A stretch of 64,000 nucleotides of DNA from a virus. The notes beneath the pieces are model-generated. The model searched no databases. It saw nothing but the letters and a program-made list of their open reading frames with translations, and was not told the DNA's origin. The DNA lies in the IMG/VR virus record IMGVR_UViG_3300025195_000002; one strand, 5' to 3'. Each line of letters starts with the position of its first letter. The first letter of the stretch is position 1. The translations under genes were made by a program, and so were the position numbers. Positions 20,196 to 30,600 of this stretch are shown one piece after another.

Positions 20196-20608
20196 TCGTA
20201 TTTTTTCATGAAGTCGTCGTAGTTTAAATCACTAACGCCGATATCCATTTCACCTTCAACGAGTTCCGGTTCTGGTAAAGCATTTTCAGGCAAGGTGTTA
20301 ATAACTTTTTCGTTACGGCCTGAACCACCTTCAAATGGATTATTACCACCAGTTTTAGCCATGATCTTAGCTGCCATAATAGCTGCTGCATTATCTTGCT
20401 CATTCTGCTTGGAATCTTGTTCCATGCGTTTCATAGCAAGGGCAGTAGTATCCGCACCATTGACTAATTCTAAAAGAACACGGCGCTCTCTGTTACACTC
20501 AGGCATACCGTTTTTAGTCATATCAGCTAGTATAGCCATACGGGCACGTTGAGTGGCGGCTAAGACTTCGTCTTCGGTAGGTGTTTTTAAAGTATCAATT
20601 AAAGACAT
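20186..20608 (-). CDS. Conserved hypothetical protein
   Basis: GGAGG RBS; coiled coil and acidic C-terminus. Confidence 0.55.
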   Translation of the reverse strand: MSLIDTLKTPTEDEVLAATQRARMAILADMTKNGMPECNRERRVLLELVNGADTTALAMKRMEQDSKQNEQDNAAAIMAAKIMAKTGGNNPFEGGSGRNEKVINTLPENALPEPELVEGEMDIGVSDLNYDDFMKKYDQA

Positions 20609-20640
20609 AGACGCCTCCTATAGATTCGTTTAGTTTTTTC

Positions 20641-20651
20641 ACCTACATTAC
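20641..20651 (+). promoter_or_regulatory. Early (virion RNAP-type) promoter motif ACCTACATTAC
   Basis: One of five intergenic CCTAYATTAC copies upstream of small genes; resembles the phiKZ early consensus TATATTAC. Confidence 0.65.
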
Positions 20652-20691
20652 TTAGGTGAGATGTAGATAACATATTAACAATGAGGTAATT

Positions 20692-21222
20692 ATGGCGAGA
20701 CCTTCTCACTGGTATCGGATAAAATTATGGCTACGCATTGTATTGTTTAGAACCCAGTTTAAAACCATGCGTAATAATATGAACGCTAAGGTCCTCGGTG
20801 GTCTGGTCTCATTATACACCAAGGATGACTTTGCTTATTACCATCCAAAATGCGGGAAATCAATATCGTTGGTTGTCTGGCATGGTAATGCTGCACAGCT
20901 GTTATCGTTCATAAACATAGTAAAACAGGCTATTGTAAATCGCGAGGAGATTCCTGCTGATGCAATGCCTTCAACGAATAAACGCACCACCTTAACCTTG
21001 GACGCCTGGCTGGTAGATGACGAGCAATACGACATCGACATTCAACGGTTTTGGGAAGCTATAACTGAGGCAGTAGAACCTATCCACAACCATATGATGG
21101 TGTTGGAAAAGGAAGATACAGCACGCTACAGTTATTACTCTCGACGGATGATGCGTTTATTTCAAGATGTAGGACAAATGCTGGAGGCACTTGAAAAAGT
21201 GATAATTAACGATTATGTTTGA
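20692..21222 (+). CDS. Hypothetical protein
   Basis: GAGG RBS, downstream of an early promoter motif. Confidence 0.6.
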   Translation: MARPSHWYRIKLWLRIVLFRTQFKTMRNNMNAKVLGGLVSLYTKDDFAYYHPKCGKSISLVVWHGNAAQLLSFINIVKQAIVNREEIPADAMPSTNKRTTLTLDAWLVDDEQYDIDIQRFWEAITEAVEPIHNHMMVLEKEDTARYSYYSRRMMRLFQDVGQMLEALEKVIINDYV

Positions 21223-21610
21223 TGACAAATATCGCGTGACTGAAATACTACAAGATCCTAATAAAAAGACCCTATCTGCTAGAGGCGCATTGAGTCGTTT
21301 ATTCAGGGTAATATTGGATGACTTTAATGTCACTCCAATGGGTTGGAATAGACGTATGGATAATTATCTAAATGATCCTGCTAACGGTATTCCACGCACC
21401 GGTAAACCTCGGCACACTGCTAGAGGTAATATCAATAAACAAATGGCGTCCGATCCGATGACCATTAAAACCTTTTTAAAGATGATGCGCTTTTTAGGTG
21501 CGACTCGGATACGCTTCAGCGTCCAACTTACTATCCGCAAAAAGGTAACAGAGCACAGCGTGGAGCTGCAGTTCTCTGAACATCACGAACCTGAAAGTCG
21601 TGAAGATTAA
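21215..21610 (+). CDS. Conserved hypothetical basic protein, possible DNA binder
   Basis: Arg/Lys-rich; RGNINKQM..DPMTIKTFLKMMRFLG resembles an HTH-like end. Confidence 0.5.
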   Translation: MFDDKYRVTEILQDPNKKTLSARGALSRLFRVILDDFNVTPMGWNRRMDNYLNDPANGIPRTGKPRHTARGNINKQMASDPMTIKTFLKMMRFLGATRIRFSVQLTIRKKVTEHSVELQFSEHHEPESRED

Positions 21611-21648
21611 AAAATAAAATACGCCCTTAACGTATATCGATGTGTCGG

Positions 21649-21692
21649 CCTGTCTAGCAATAGACAGGTTCGGCCGTTGTATTTCTTTTTTT
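21649..21692 (+). terminator. Terminator-like hairpin
   Basis: CCTGTCTA-GCAA-TAGACAGG, with a T-run further downstream. Confidence 0.45.
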
Positions 21693-21710
21693 GCTCAAAG
21701 GAGCACGACC

Positions 21711-22679
21711 ATGAGTCTATTTACTACCGCTACCAAATCCCTACCTAAAAAGGTTGATTTATTTAGCCCCTCTGATAGCAGCAGTAAGGTAGGAGGTTCT
21801 TCTGCCTTAGCGGGCGTTGTAGGTAAACCTGCTAACGTTGAGTCTGGGTCACTGGATAAGATTGCTAAACAAACAACGGCTATCCCTGATACAAAATTAA
21901 CTAGTGCTAAATTATCCGATGCAACAGACAGTAATTTTTCTATTAGTAGTTTAAGTAGCAGTGCAGTTAAAAATCTTCAAGACTTTATTAAAGAAGATAG
22001 TCCTATTGGTAAAAAGAGCGTTAAGCTCTTAGATGGTACTATCGCTAAGGGGTTAAATACTGAACTGGGTGAGGCTAGTGATTTTCAAAAGATGGTAGCT
22101 GAGATCCATGATACCTGTAAGGGTCTTGGTGTTAAAGACCGGACAACCGCTAGAGCTGTTAATGACACATTACTACTAGAAGCGTTGCTGATGGGTCTAG
22201 CAGGCTTAATTGATTGTATGGGTGATGTGGTTGGATTAGACTTTAATGCAACACGTCTGGCGAAACATAGCGTAAAGGCTGCAAAGAAAGGCGATGCTGC
22301 TAGCCTTGCTTCTGTTGCTAAAATGGTTGGCTCTCATCGTATTAAAGCTACTGAACCTAAGATTGCCAATACGCTACTAAAAAACTATAAAGTAGACGAA
22401 GGAACTAACCCTAGTCAGTTTCCAGTGTTAGGTGCTACGTTAGTATCACAACTTAAAACTATTGATACCGATTGGCTTAAAAGCGATGTTAATGGTGATG
22501 AAACAGTTACCGACGTATCTAGTCTGCGTGGTATTAGTCCGGATGCTAAGAAGGTATTGGCTACTCAAAATGAAACTTCTACTGCATTGATGATTGCAGA
22601 CAACACGCCGGAAGAAAGTCAAAGTGATTTAATGGGGCGTTTTAACCCAATGAGCTATGCTCGTGGTCTGATGGCATAA
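21711..22679 (+). CDS. Virion structural protein candidate (tail/baseplate)
   Basis: Likely start MSLFTT at 21711 (AAGGAG RBS); convergent with the gp182-like gene. Confidence 0.55.
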   Translation: MSLFTTATKSLPKKVDLFSPSDSSSKVGGSSALAGVVGKPANVESGSLDKIAKQTTAIPDTKLTSAKLSDATDSNFSISSLSSSAVKNLQDFIKEDSPIGKKSVKLLDGTIAKGLNTELGEASDFQKMVAEIHDTCKGLGVKDRTTARAVNDTLLLEALLMGLAGLIDCMGDVVGLDFNATRLAKHSVKAAKKGDAASLASVAKMVGSHRIKATEPKIANTLLKNYKVDEGTNPSQFPVLGATLVSQLKTIDTDWLKSDVNGDETVTDVSSLRGISPDAKKVLATQNETSTALMIADNTPEESQSDLMGRFNPMSYARGLMA

Positions 22680-22725
22680 AAGCCTAACCACCTAGCCGTG
22701 AGGCCGGGTGGTTAGCTTATGCTGT
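22671..22725. repeat. 55-bp palindromic element/bidirectional terminator, copy 2
   Basis: ATGGCATAAAAGCC-TAACCACC-TAGCCGTGAGGCCG-GGTGGTTA-GCTTATGCTGT; reverse complement of copy 3 with one mismatch. Confidence 0.85.
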
Positions 22726-24599
22726 TAACCTCGTTCTGTGTTACGTGCTACTGCTGCTAGTATACGTCCAGGTATAGAAGCAGAAACATGTTGAGCGTAA
22801 AACGCAGGCGATGTCCATTTATCAAAATCTTGCGCTGCTTGTACAAAGCGACGTTTTAATTTTTGAACAGGATAAAATTGCTCCGTCAAACCCAATCCAC
22901 CGAGTATACCCATGTAATCACTGAATGCGGAATCATCATCAAATAATCCCGGTGCATCATTTAGCGGCATGTGCATAACGCTTGAAAGGTCTTTGATAGA
23001 GATAGTAACATCAATCCCTGTCGGTAACTGGTCTACCGACCACCCTATATTACCTGCGCCACGTGTAATAGATACACTATCGATAATAGATAGACGTGAC
23101 TGCTGGCGACCCTTTACAAATAAATCACAAAGGAATGGACTTGTATAAGACTGAGCACCTGTAGATAGTGGCAATGCCCCTGCTAAGATCATGGCTAGTG
23201 GAACGTAGATGTTGGTAAATATACTCATCTTATTTCCATAAGGTGCTCGCAGTTCTAACGTGTACGATTCACTAGGAAGTTCTGCAACAGAATCTTGCCA
23301 GTGCTCTGGGATGTCTACAAAAGCACTCCCACCTAACGCCGCTATTCCTGATAATCCAACCCCATCAGCAACACCTGCAATAACATCTTTAGCGCCACCA
23401 ATAATACCTTCAATAGCACCTGCTATCACTCCATCACCAATGTTTCCATCTAAGGTAGAGAATCTAGCTTCACGTGCCGATGATGACATACCGTTAATCT
23501 TACTTGCTATGTCAGACTCACCGGTTTGGTTACTGAATGATTCATTGATAGAACGATCAGGATTAACTTTAAAACTCACCCAGTGTGAGCCATCTGCTAA
23601 CTCACTTGATAGATGTTCAAAGAACCCAGACTCCCATGATCCAATAGGGTCTTGCTTTTCTTTATTAGCATCAGCACCTTGAGCCATGGACGTTGAGTGA
23701 TATCGGGCCATGTATGCTTTTAAACTCGATCCTTCAGGTACTGGACCTATATCTTGTTCCGTAATGTTTTCAGCAGCACGTTTAAGACCATCACTGTTCG
23801 TTGCATTTTGTAATGCGGCTTGTTGCAGTACTATCTGCCGGTTTCTAATTCGCTGTGCTCGGTTAGCGATAGAATAAATATCAATACCACCATCTCCACG
23901 AAACACATCTGGAAGTAAGCGGTTAAAGGCTTCAATTTCTTTTGACGTTAAACCCGCCTCGTAGTTAGGCTCTGCTTTACCTTCTGCATTAACAACGTAC
24001 GAGTCAATATCAGCAGCACCAATTAGACCCATATTTACTGCTAGGTTATTAACAAGTGTATTTACCGCACCCCAATACAACGGCATAGTCGGTTTTAGGT
24101 AATAATACTTACTGTACGGTTTATCACCTAAGAAACGATAGATACGGCCCGCTACAACAAAAGGAAGAAGGGGTATGGCAAATAAAAAGCCGGCCACTCG
24201 TCCTATGTTGTAAAGTACCCCGGTCGATTCACCGGTTCGGGCTAACGTCCCCATTGAACTATCGAAGAAGTTGGTAAAGAACGTTGTTAATGAATTATAC
24301 TCCGCCACGCCAAAACGCATGTGTAAAACAACTGAATTGTCATCAATCGCCTCGCTATAATAGCGACCCATTCCCTTTGAAGGGCTAAAGGGTGCCTTTG
24401 CTTTGATATCAGCATGGCGTGTAAATTGGGGAGGGTTATTAATGGTGTAATTCCCTCCTAGTGTTGTATCTGTGTATTTAGTCGACGCCATAGAAAACAC
24501 GCGGCGGCGTCGGTCGACATCGTCAATGTCAGATCGACGCAGCATGAATGCTTGTCTCAACCAGGCGGTATCTTCTAACACATCTGAAAGTATAGTCAT
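22725..24599 (-). CDS. Baseplate/tail structural protein (phiKZ gp182-like)
   Basis: KYTDTTLGGNYTINNPPQFTRHADI and YYLKPTMPLYW motifs; directly downstream of the gp181-like gene. Confidence 0.75.
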   Translation of the reverse strand: MTILSDVLEDTAWLRQAFMLRRSDIDDVDRRRRVFSMASTKYTDTTLGGNYTINNPPQFTRHADIKAKAPFSPSKGMGRYYSEAIDDNSVVLHMRFGVAEYNSLTTFFTNFFDSSMGTLARTGESTGVLYNIGRVAGFLFAIPLLPFVVAGRIYRFLGDKPYSKYYYLKPTMPLYWGAVNTLVNNLAVNMGLIGAADIDSYVVNAEGKAEPNYEAGLTSKEIEAFNRLLPDVFRGDGGIDIYSIANRAQRIRNRQIVLQQAALQNATNSDGLKRAAENITEQDIGPVPEGSSLKAYMARYHSTSMAQGADANKEKQDPIGSWESGFFEHLSSELADGSHWVSFKVNPDRSINESFSNQTGESDIASKINGMSSSAREARFSTLDGNIGDGVIAGAIEGIIGGAKDVIAGVADGVGLSGIAALGGSAFVDIPEHWQDSVAELPSESYTLELRAPYGNKMSIFTNIYVPLAMILAGALPLSTGAQSYTSPFLCDLFVKGRQQSRLSIIDSVSITRGAGNIGWSVDQLPTGIDVTISIKDLSSVMHMPLNDAPGLFDDDSAFSDYMGILGGLGLTEQFYPVQKLKRRFVQAAQDFDKWTSPAFYAQHVSASIPGRILAAVARNTERG

Positions 24600-24623
24600 T
24601 ACGGTTTCCTTAGTTTAAAATAA

Positions 24624-24661
24624 ATAGAAGAGTGGACATCCTTGTCCTTCAGCTTCTATGC
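24624..24661. terminator. Imperfect hairpin at the 3' end of the gp181-like gene
   Basis: ATAGAAG..GGACA-TCCT-TGTCC..CTTCTAT followed by GC (TATGC flank). Confidence 0.4.
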
Positions 24662-27600
24662 TGACTTGCCCATAGACACAGGAGATTGTGAACGGGTACG
24701 TTTACTAGCTTGCTGTCGACGTTGTGCGTCAGCCTGACGCTGCTTAGCCCTTTCTAACGCTGGCGTTCCACCACTTGTATCAGCGGTATCATCTACCATA
24801 TCACGCTCACCTGTAATGTGGGCATGGATGCGTTTCAGAGTATCGTCCATTGACTGTTGTACATAGAGTGATTCTGACAGTATGGTGCTAATGTGTGACA
24901 TTTGCTCACTGGCAATCTCTGAGTACATTCGTTGATGGTTATCGACCGCACTAACGCGTCTATCTGCAAACTGACCTACTGTTGCAATGTGGTCATCTAA
25001 TACGACACGTTCCCTAGTCTCCTCATCTAACATTGATTGCTGATTGCGTAGACGCTGTTGGTTAATTACTTCATCCATATTAACAGTGTAGATATTAGAC
25101 CCACCTGTAATTGATGTAACCTTATCTCGCGTTGACTCATCCTCAATGTTTGTTTTAGACACTTCGTTGATAGTAGTCATGTTGCGGGTATCAACGTTGT
25201 TTCTATAGAGAGTCTGTCTTTCTGCGATATCTTCGGGTTCTTCATACAGACTACCGTCTACATTATAAACCTTGGGCGTTGTCACGTTATCACGTTGAAT
25301 GATTGGATCAACCATCTTCACTTTTGATACATCAACACCACTGAAGTTATCTGCATTGGCAGCGACCGTACCACCCATTAGAGCACCTAAACCTATACCT
25401 GTTGTAGATACCAGGTCGAACTGACGTGCTTTTTGAGTAGTACCATTACCACCTATTCGAGTTAAACCCGAACGAGACAGATTCATGCCAACACCACCCA
25501 TTCCTGCTAGGGTAGCCATCCCACCGCCAGCAACCAGTGCTGCAGCTTTCATCTTACGTGTCATTTCACCTACCGGTGGTTCTACAATGACGTCAGAGGG
25601 CTGTTGAGAAGCCAGGGTTGACATTTCTCCAGGGGGAGCAACATAGCCTTCACTTTGACCCATTAATGGCTCAGGAGGGACTACAGGCTCTCCTGAAGGA
25701 CTATCAGTTGATACCTCAGTCTTATCTTCAACAGCACCACCATATTCTTGCATAACTTTATTATACTGCTCCGTTACACTTGAACTGTCAACTTGCTGAC
25801 CGTAGAACGGCGAGGTGTTTCCGATAGCAGGTGAACTCTCCAATAACTCATAGGCGTGTTTAGCAAACTCCGCATGCTGACCATCAGGTAAATCATCATC
25901 AAGATCATCAACATCCATCCCTTCCTCTACACGGTTTGCTAAAGTAGCATACGTAAGTAAAGTCGGTTTGAATGTCCCTTCATACCAGCGTACAAATGCC
26001 TCTAGGTTTTGTGGATTGTTCTGGTCAACATTAAATTGATCACCGAACTCGTCGATAAGATCGTTATAATCAACCTTAGGTATTCTTGCCTGGCCATCTT
26101 CAGCATATGTGACGTCATCTAACGCACTTTCTTCCAATAACCGAATAGCACGCAGTTGTGCACCATCCTCGGTATTAATACCCATCTGCTTGAAACGCAA
26201 ATCTTCGATAGGATCAGCGTCGCTACGGCTAGCTAAGTATTTAGCACCTTTATAACCATAGTAAAGTCCTGTGGCGGCCCAGCCGACTGGACCTAATGCT
26301 ACACGACCTACAGCCATGCCGATTTTACCTAGCGTACCAAGCATACTACCAACACCACCTAGCGCACCCACTCCTTTAGCTGCTAAACTACCAGCGCCAC
26401 CTAACACGCTACCAATACCAGATACTGCACTGCCCGCTAAACCAGCTAAGGCTGTTCCAGCACCTAATAAGGCTTTACCAGGTGATTTAATAAGACTACC
26501 AATACCACCAAGGGCTTTGCCACCTAGTGATTTAATCTTACTAAACAATCCGCGCTTACCGCCAGCTTTACCTGCACGTTTCGCTGCTTTACGTTCAGCA
26601 CGCCGACGTTTACGATCTTGACGTTTGTCGCCATCTAATCTATCGCCGATAGCATCGCCCGCTAAATCACCCGCCGCTTCACTAGCAACATCACCTAAGA
26701 AGCTATCTTCATCCTCGGCATCATCACCCCCAAATAGACTAAATCCTTTAATCTTATCTTTAAGGCCGCCTAAGAAACCGGCAACGCCACCTAGTACTGC
26801 TGCACCAGGTCCTGATTTCTCAATCGTTGCTTTTGCTTTCTCAGCCAAGGTTTCTTTATTACGTTGGTCAAGATAACTACCATCACGGATACCATCACCA
26901 TCTGCATCCCCGGCAACTTTCTCTTTCTTGAACGTATTAAGAATAGTTTCTTTTAAACTTTCAATAGAGTCTTTTACCCGCATAGATGCATCAGTAGCTT
27001 TATCCGACACAACGGTATAAGCGTCTTTACTTGATTCTACTAAGGTTGCCATGTTCTGACTTAAGGTGCTATCGCTGTCTCTAATTTGTGTCTGGAGACC
27101 CTGCGTAACGTCATTAACCTGGGACATGACTTGTTTGGTAATAGCGCTTGTCTTTTCCTGGCCACGTTCTAAAAGCGTATAAAGGTGTTTATCCTTAACC
27201 TCTTTACTTGCCTTTGTAACATTGTCTACTACTTCAGTTGTCTTCTCGCGTAAAGAATCAAAACGATCACGAGCACTGGTAGTATTACTATAGCCAGTAG
27301 TAGTTGACTCGCTGCGTGTATCTTTCTCACTAGCCTTTTCCTGGTTTGAGCTAGCCGTTTCATTATAACTCCGACTCTCACGTAGAATATTCTCATTTAA
27401 TGACGATACTTTATCAGTAGGCGATAAAGGCACTGTACCTTCTATTCTGACAACATTACTATCGTGTAGAACTGATGCAGTTAACTGTCCGCTAGTGGAT
27501 ATATTATCACTATTTAAACCAGAAAAGAAACGACTAGTCTGATCCTGACGCGATGTGATATTAGTAGTGTTACTATCCTGTTTTGTCTCACCATTAACTA

Positions 27601-30600
27601 TATCGCGTTGAGTATAATTATCCTGATAAACGTTAGATTTTTCAGTACTTTGACGACTTTCCTGTAATGAGTCTTTATTTATTGAAGATACTCTACTCGC
27701 TGGAGGAATTGGAGGTGGTGTTCCTGATATTGGATCTGAAGCATTACCATCAACCCAAGGACCGAATACTTTGGTTAGGTCTGAATGGATGATGACTTCT
27801 TTAACCCGCATCCCATCTGGTCGTGTAAAGAAACCACTAATACCTTCAGTAATGCTAGTAAACATACCACCAATTCGTGAGAATAACCCACCTTGAGGCG
27901 TACCATCGTCATTCGAGCCAAATAAGAACTTACCTGCCCGCTTGATACCTCCGGTTACTACACCTACACCAGCCTGAAGGGTATCCTTACCGAACTCCAA
28001 AGCACGAGTTAATAATGATTTAACTTCGATCTTACGACCTTGTTCATCCACTAATCCTTTCTTGATATCCTCTACTGATAAAACAATATTACCATCAGCA
28101 TCAACAACATCACCATCAATATCTTTAATAGAGCGGATAACGTTACCTGTTCTAGCTGAATAATACATGCCTTTCTCAAGCAGAATCTTCAACAGCCTCG
28201 GACCATCTTCACCCTTAACGTAGATGTCACCATGCCTGTTAAGCATGTTCTCTACACCAGAAGCAATGTTAGTTACTCCTTTAAGGGCATATTCGCCAAT
28301 ACCAAATAACCCACGATAATAGCTTTGAATAAAATCAACTGGTGCCTTTAAGATAGACTTGGCAGCACCCGCCATTTTACTCACACCGTCTTTGTTGAAC
28401 AATCCTTTAGCGTAGTCTTCAACAGATAAAACGATTTCACCGGTATCCACATCACGAACAGCGCCTGTGATATCCTTGGCACTCTTAATGATTTTACCAG
28501 TTGCTTCATCAATGTATTTACCTTGGCGTAACTTATCACCTAACAAAGTAGGGATTTGTTGACCGGCGATGTAAAGGTCACCCGGTAGATTGCCAAATTT
28601 ACCTTTAATAAATTTAGCGCCGCCCAGAACAGTATCCTTAGCCACACCTAAGGCTGATCCACCCAGGTTAAACATTCCACTGTAATAAGACTTAAGACCG
28701 CTAGCGGCACCACCTATTGCCGATTTACCTAAATCAAGACCTTTACCTAAAATACCCCCTAACTTAATGTCTCTAGAACCAGAGCTATCGCCTGGACCAC
28801 CTGAACCTAGTGTGGTTATCTTTTCAGACAACCCAGCAATAAGTAATTTAATATCGGTTAGTGTGGTATCTGAGGATACACTTCTATCCTGTATTGCCAT
28901 TAGGTATGGAAGGTGTGGATCAGTAGTCTCTACAGAAGAGTCTTCTTCAAGGTTAATATCTCGGTTCATCCAGGTATCAATACGAGCAATCAATGACGTA
29001 GTTAAACCATTACCTTTAATTAACGTATCATGGATAGCTGACCATACACCCAATGTAGAGTCGGAGGTGTCAGATGGATCTACCTCATTAGTAAACGCCT
29101 TAACAGACTCTCTAACTTCTACCTGTGTAGCAGGGTCAAGATCTTTAATGTTCTCGCTGATCGTTCTTTGAATATCAGTTGTTGAACTTTCACCAACATT
29201 GGTAACTTGACCATAGCCACGCTGCACAAGGTTGTTGTTTGACTGTGATGTAATGCTATTATTAACAATAATTTCACGAATTGACTCTAGGAGATCAGAT
29301 TGCGAACCTGACTCAGTGGTGCTGGTGCTATTACTAAAGATACCATCACGTTCTTTTGTTTGAAGACGTGAGTTTTCAGAGCGGTTAATTAGGGTATTAT
29401 CAGTAGAAGATATTCCCGTTACTTTATCTGATGACCGATAGTCAGTACCAGCCATTATCTCACTAATAATATCACGACCTTCTAGTGTATTAGAAATATC
29501 GCTTTGGATCATAGACCAGAGCGCATCGCTATCCACCATGTCAGTAACACCATCCCGGTCTTTAGTAATTAACCCTGACTCACGCAACGCATCTTTATCA
29601 CCAACTGCTACCGCTTCATTGATAGACTCTTGAAGGTTAGGTAGATACTCTTGAAGACGTTTAACCGACCGATTATCATTTAAGACGTTTTGGCTAGCAA
29701 CTAAACTATCGCCGACTTTACCTTCTTTATTGATAACATAGCGTTCTTTAACAAAGTCTTGTATTTCTTTAACCGCATCTTCGTTATCAACAGACGTAAA
29801 GGTTGATTCCTGATAATAACGTTCTGGGAAATACCCTTTACCGTTCCTCAGGTCTGTTAATATCTGAACAGAGAATGCCTCTCTAGCTTCTTGACTTAAC
29901 TTACCTTCAGGGTCAATGCTGTTAATAACATCGACTGTAGAACTACTTAAACGCTCTCTATCGCTTGTTGAAAATACCGCTTCACGAATACGGTCTGATT
30001 GTGTTGATTCTCTAACAAAATCTTCACCATCAACACTGTACTGTAGACGCTCTGTATTAGGATCTTGATTGTTAAAGATCTCTAACTGCTGTAACATTCT
30101 AGAGAGATACCCTGGAATGATTTCAACAATAGAACGCCGAGTCATCACATCAAAACTGGTAGCAGATAGCGCTTCTTGTTTAAGGTTCTGTAATACCTCA
30201 CCATCGGTACCTTGCACACCACCAATGATTTCTTTTAAGAAACTCTCTACGTTACCTCTTAATCCGGTTGCATCTGTTTCAGAAGACGCATAGCGGTTTA
30301 ATAATTCAGGGATGTTATCAGCAGCAACTTGTAGTCTATTGGACATCTGCATAGCACGAGGATTATTTTCTAATGCCCTGCCTGCTAACCCACTTATCTT
30401 AGCACCAATACGCGTCGCAATCTCTTGTCCTGCAATACCACCTACAAGGTCACTTGCTTGCTGTGCCCCTGTTTGTTTAGGACCGAAACCTTCTAACCCT
30501 TCCATAGAGGAGGCGGTTTGCAATAACGCGTTACCTTGATTCAACCCTTCTTTAAAGTTATCAACGTGTTGTTTAACTTTCTGACCTAGGGTATTACGGA

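Noticed and set aside
23041-23054. CACCCTATATTACC early-promoter match inside the gp182-like gene, antisense
   Set aside because: Encodes GNIGW on the coding strand and lacks the downstream T...TG extension; probably chance
26271-30539. Several antisense ORFs within the gp181-like gene
   Set aside because: Mirror images of Gly/Ala/Ser-rich coding sequence; no RBS or family motifs
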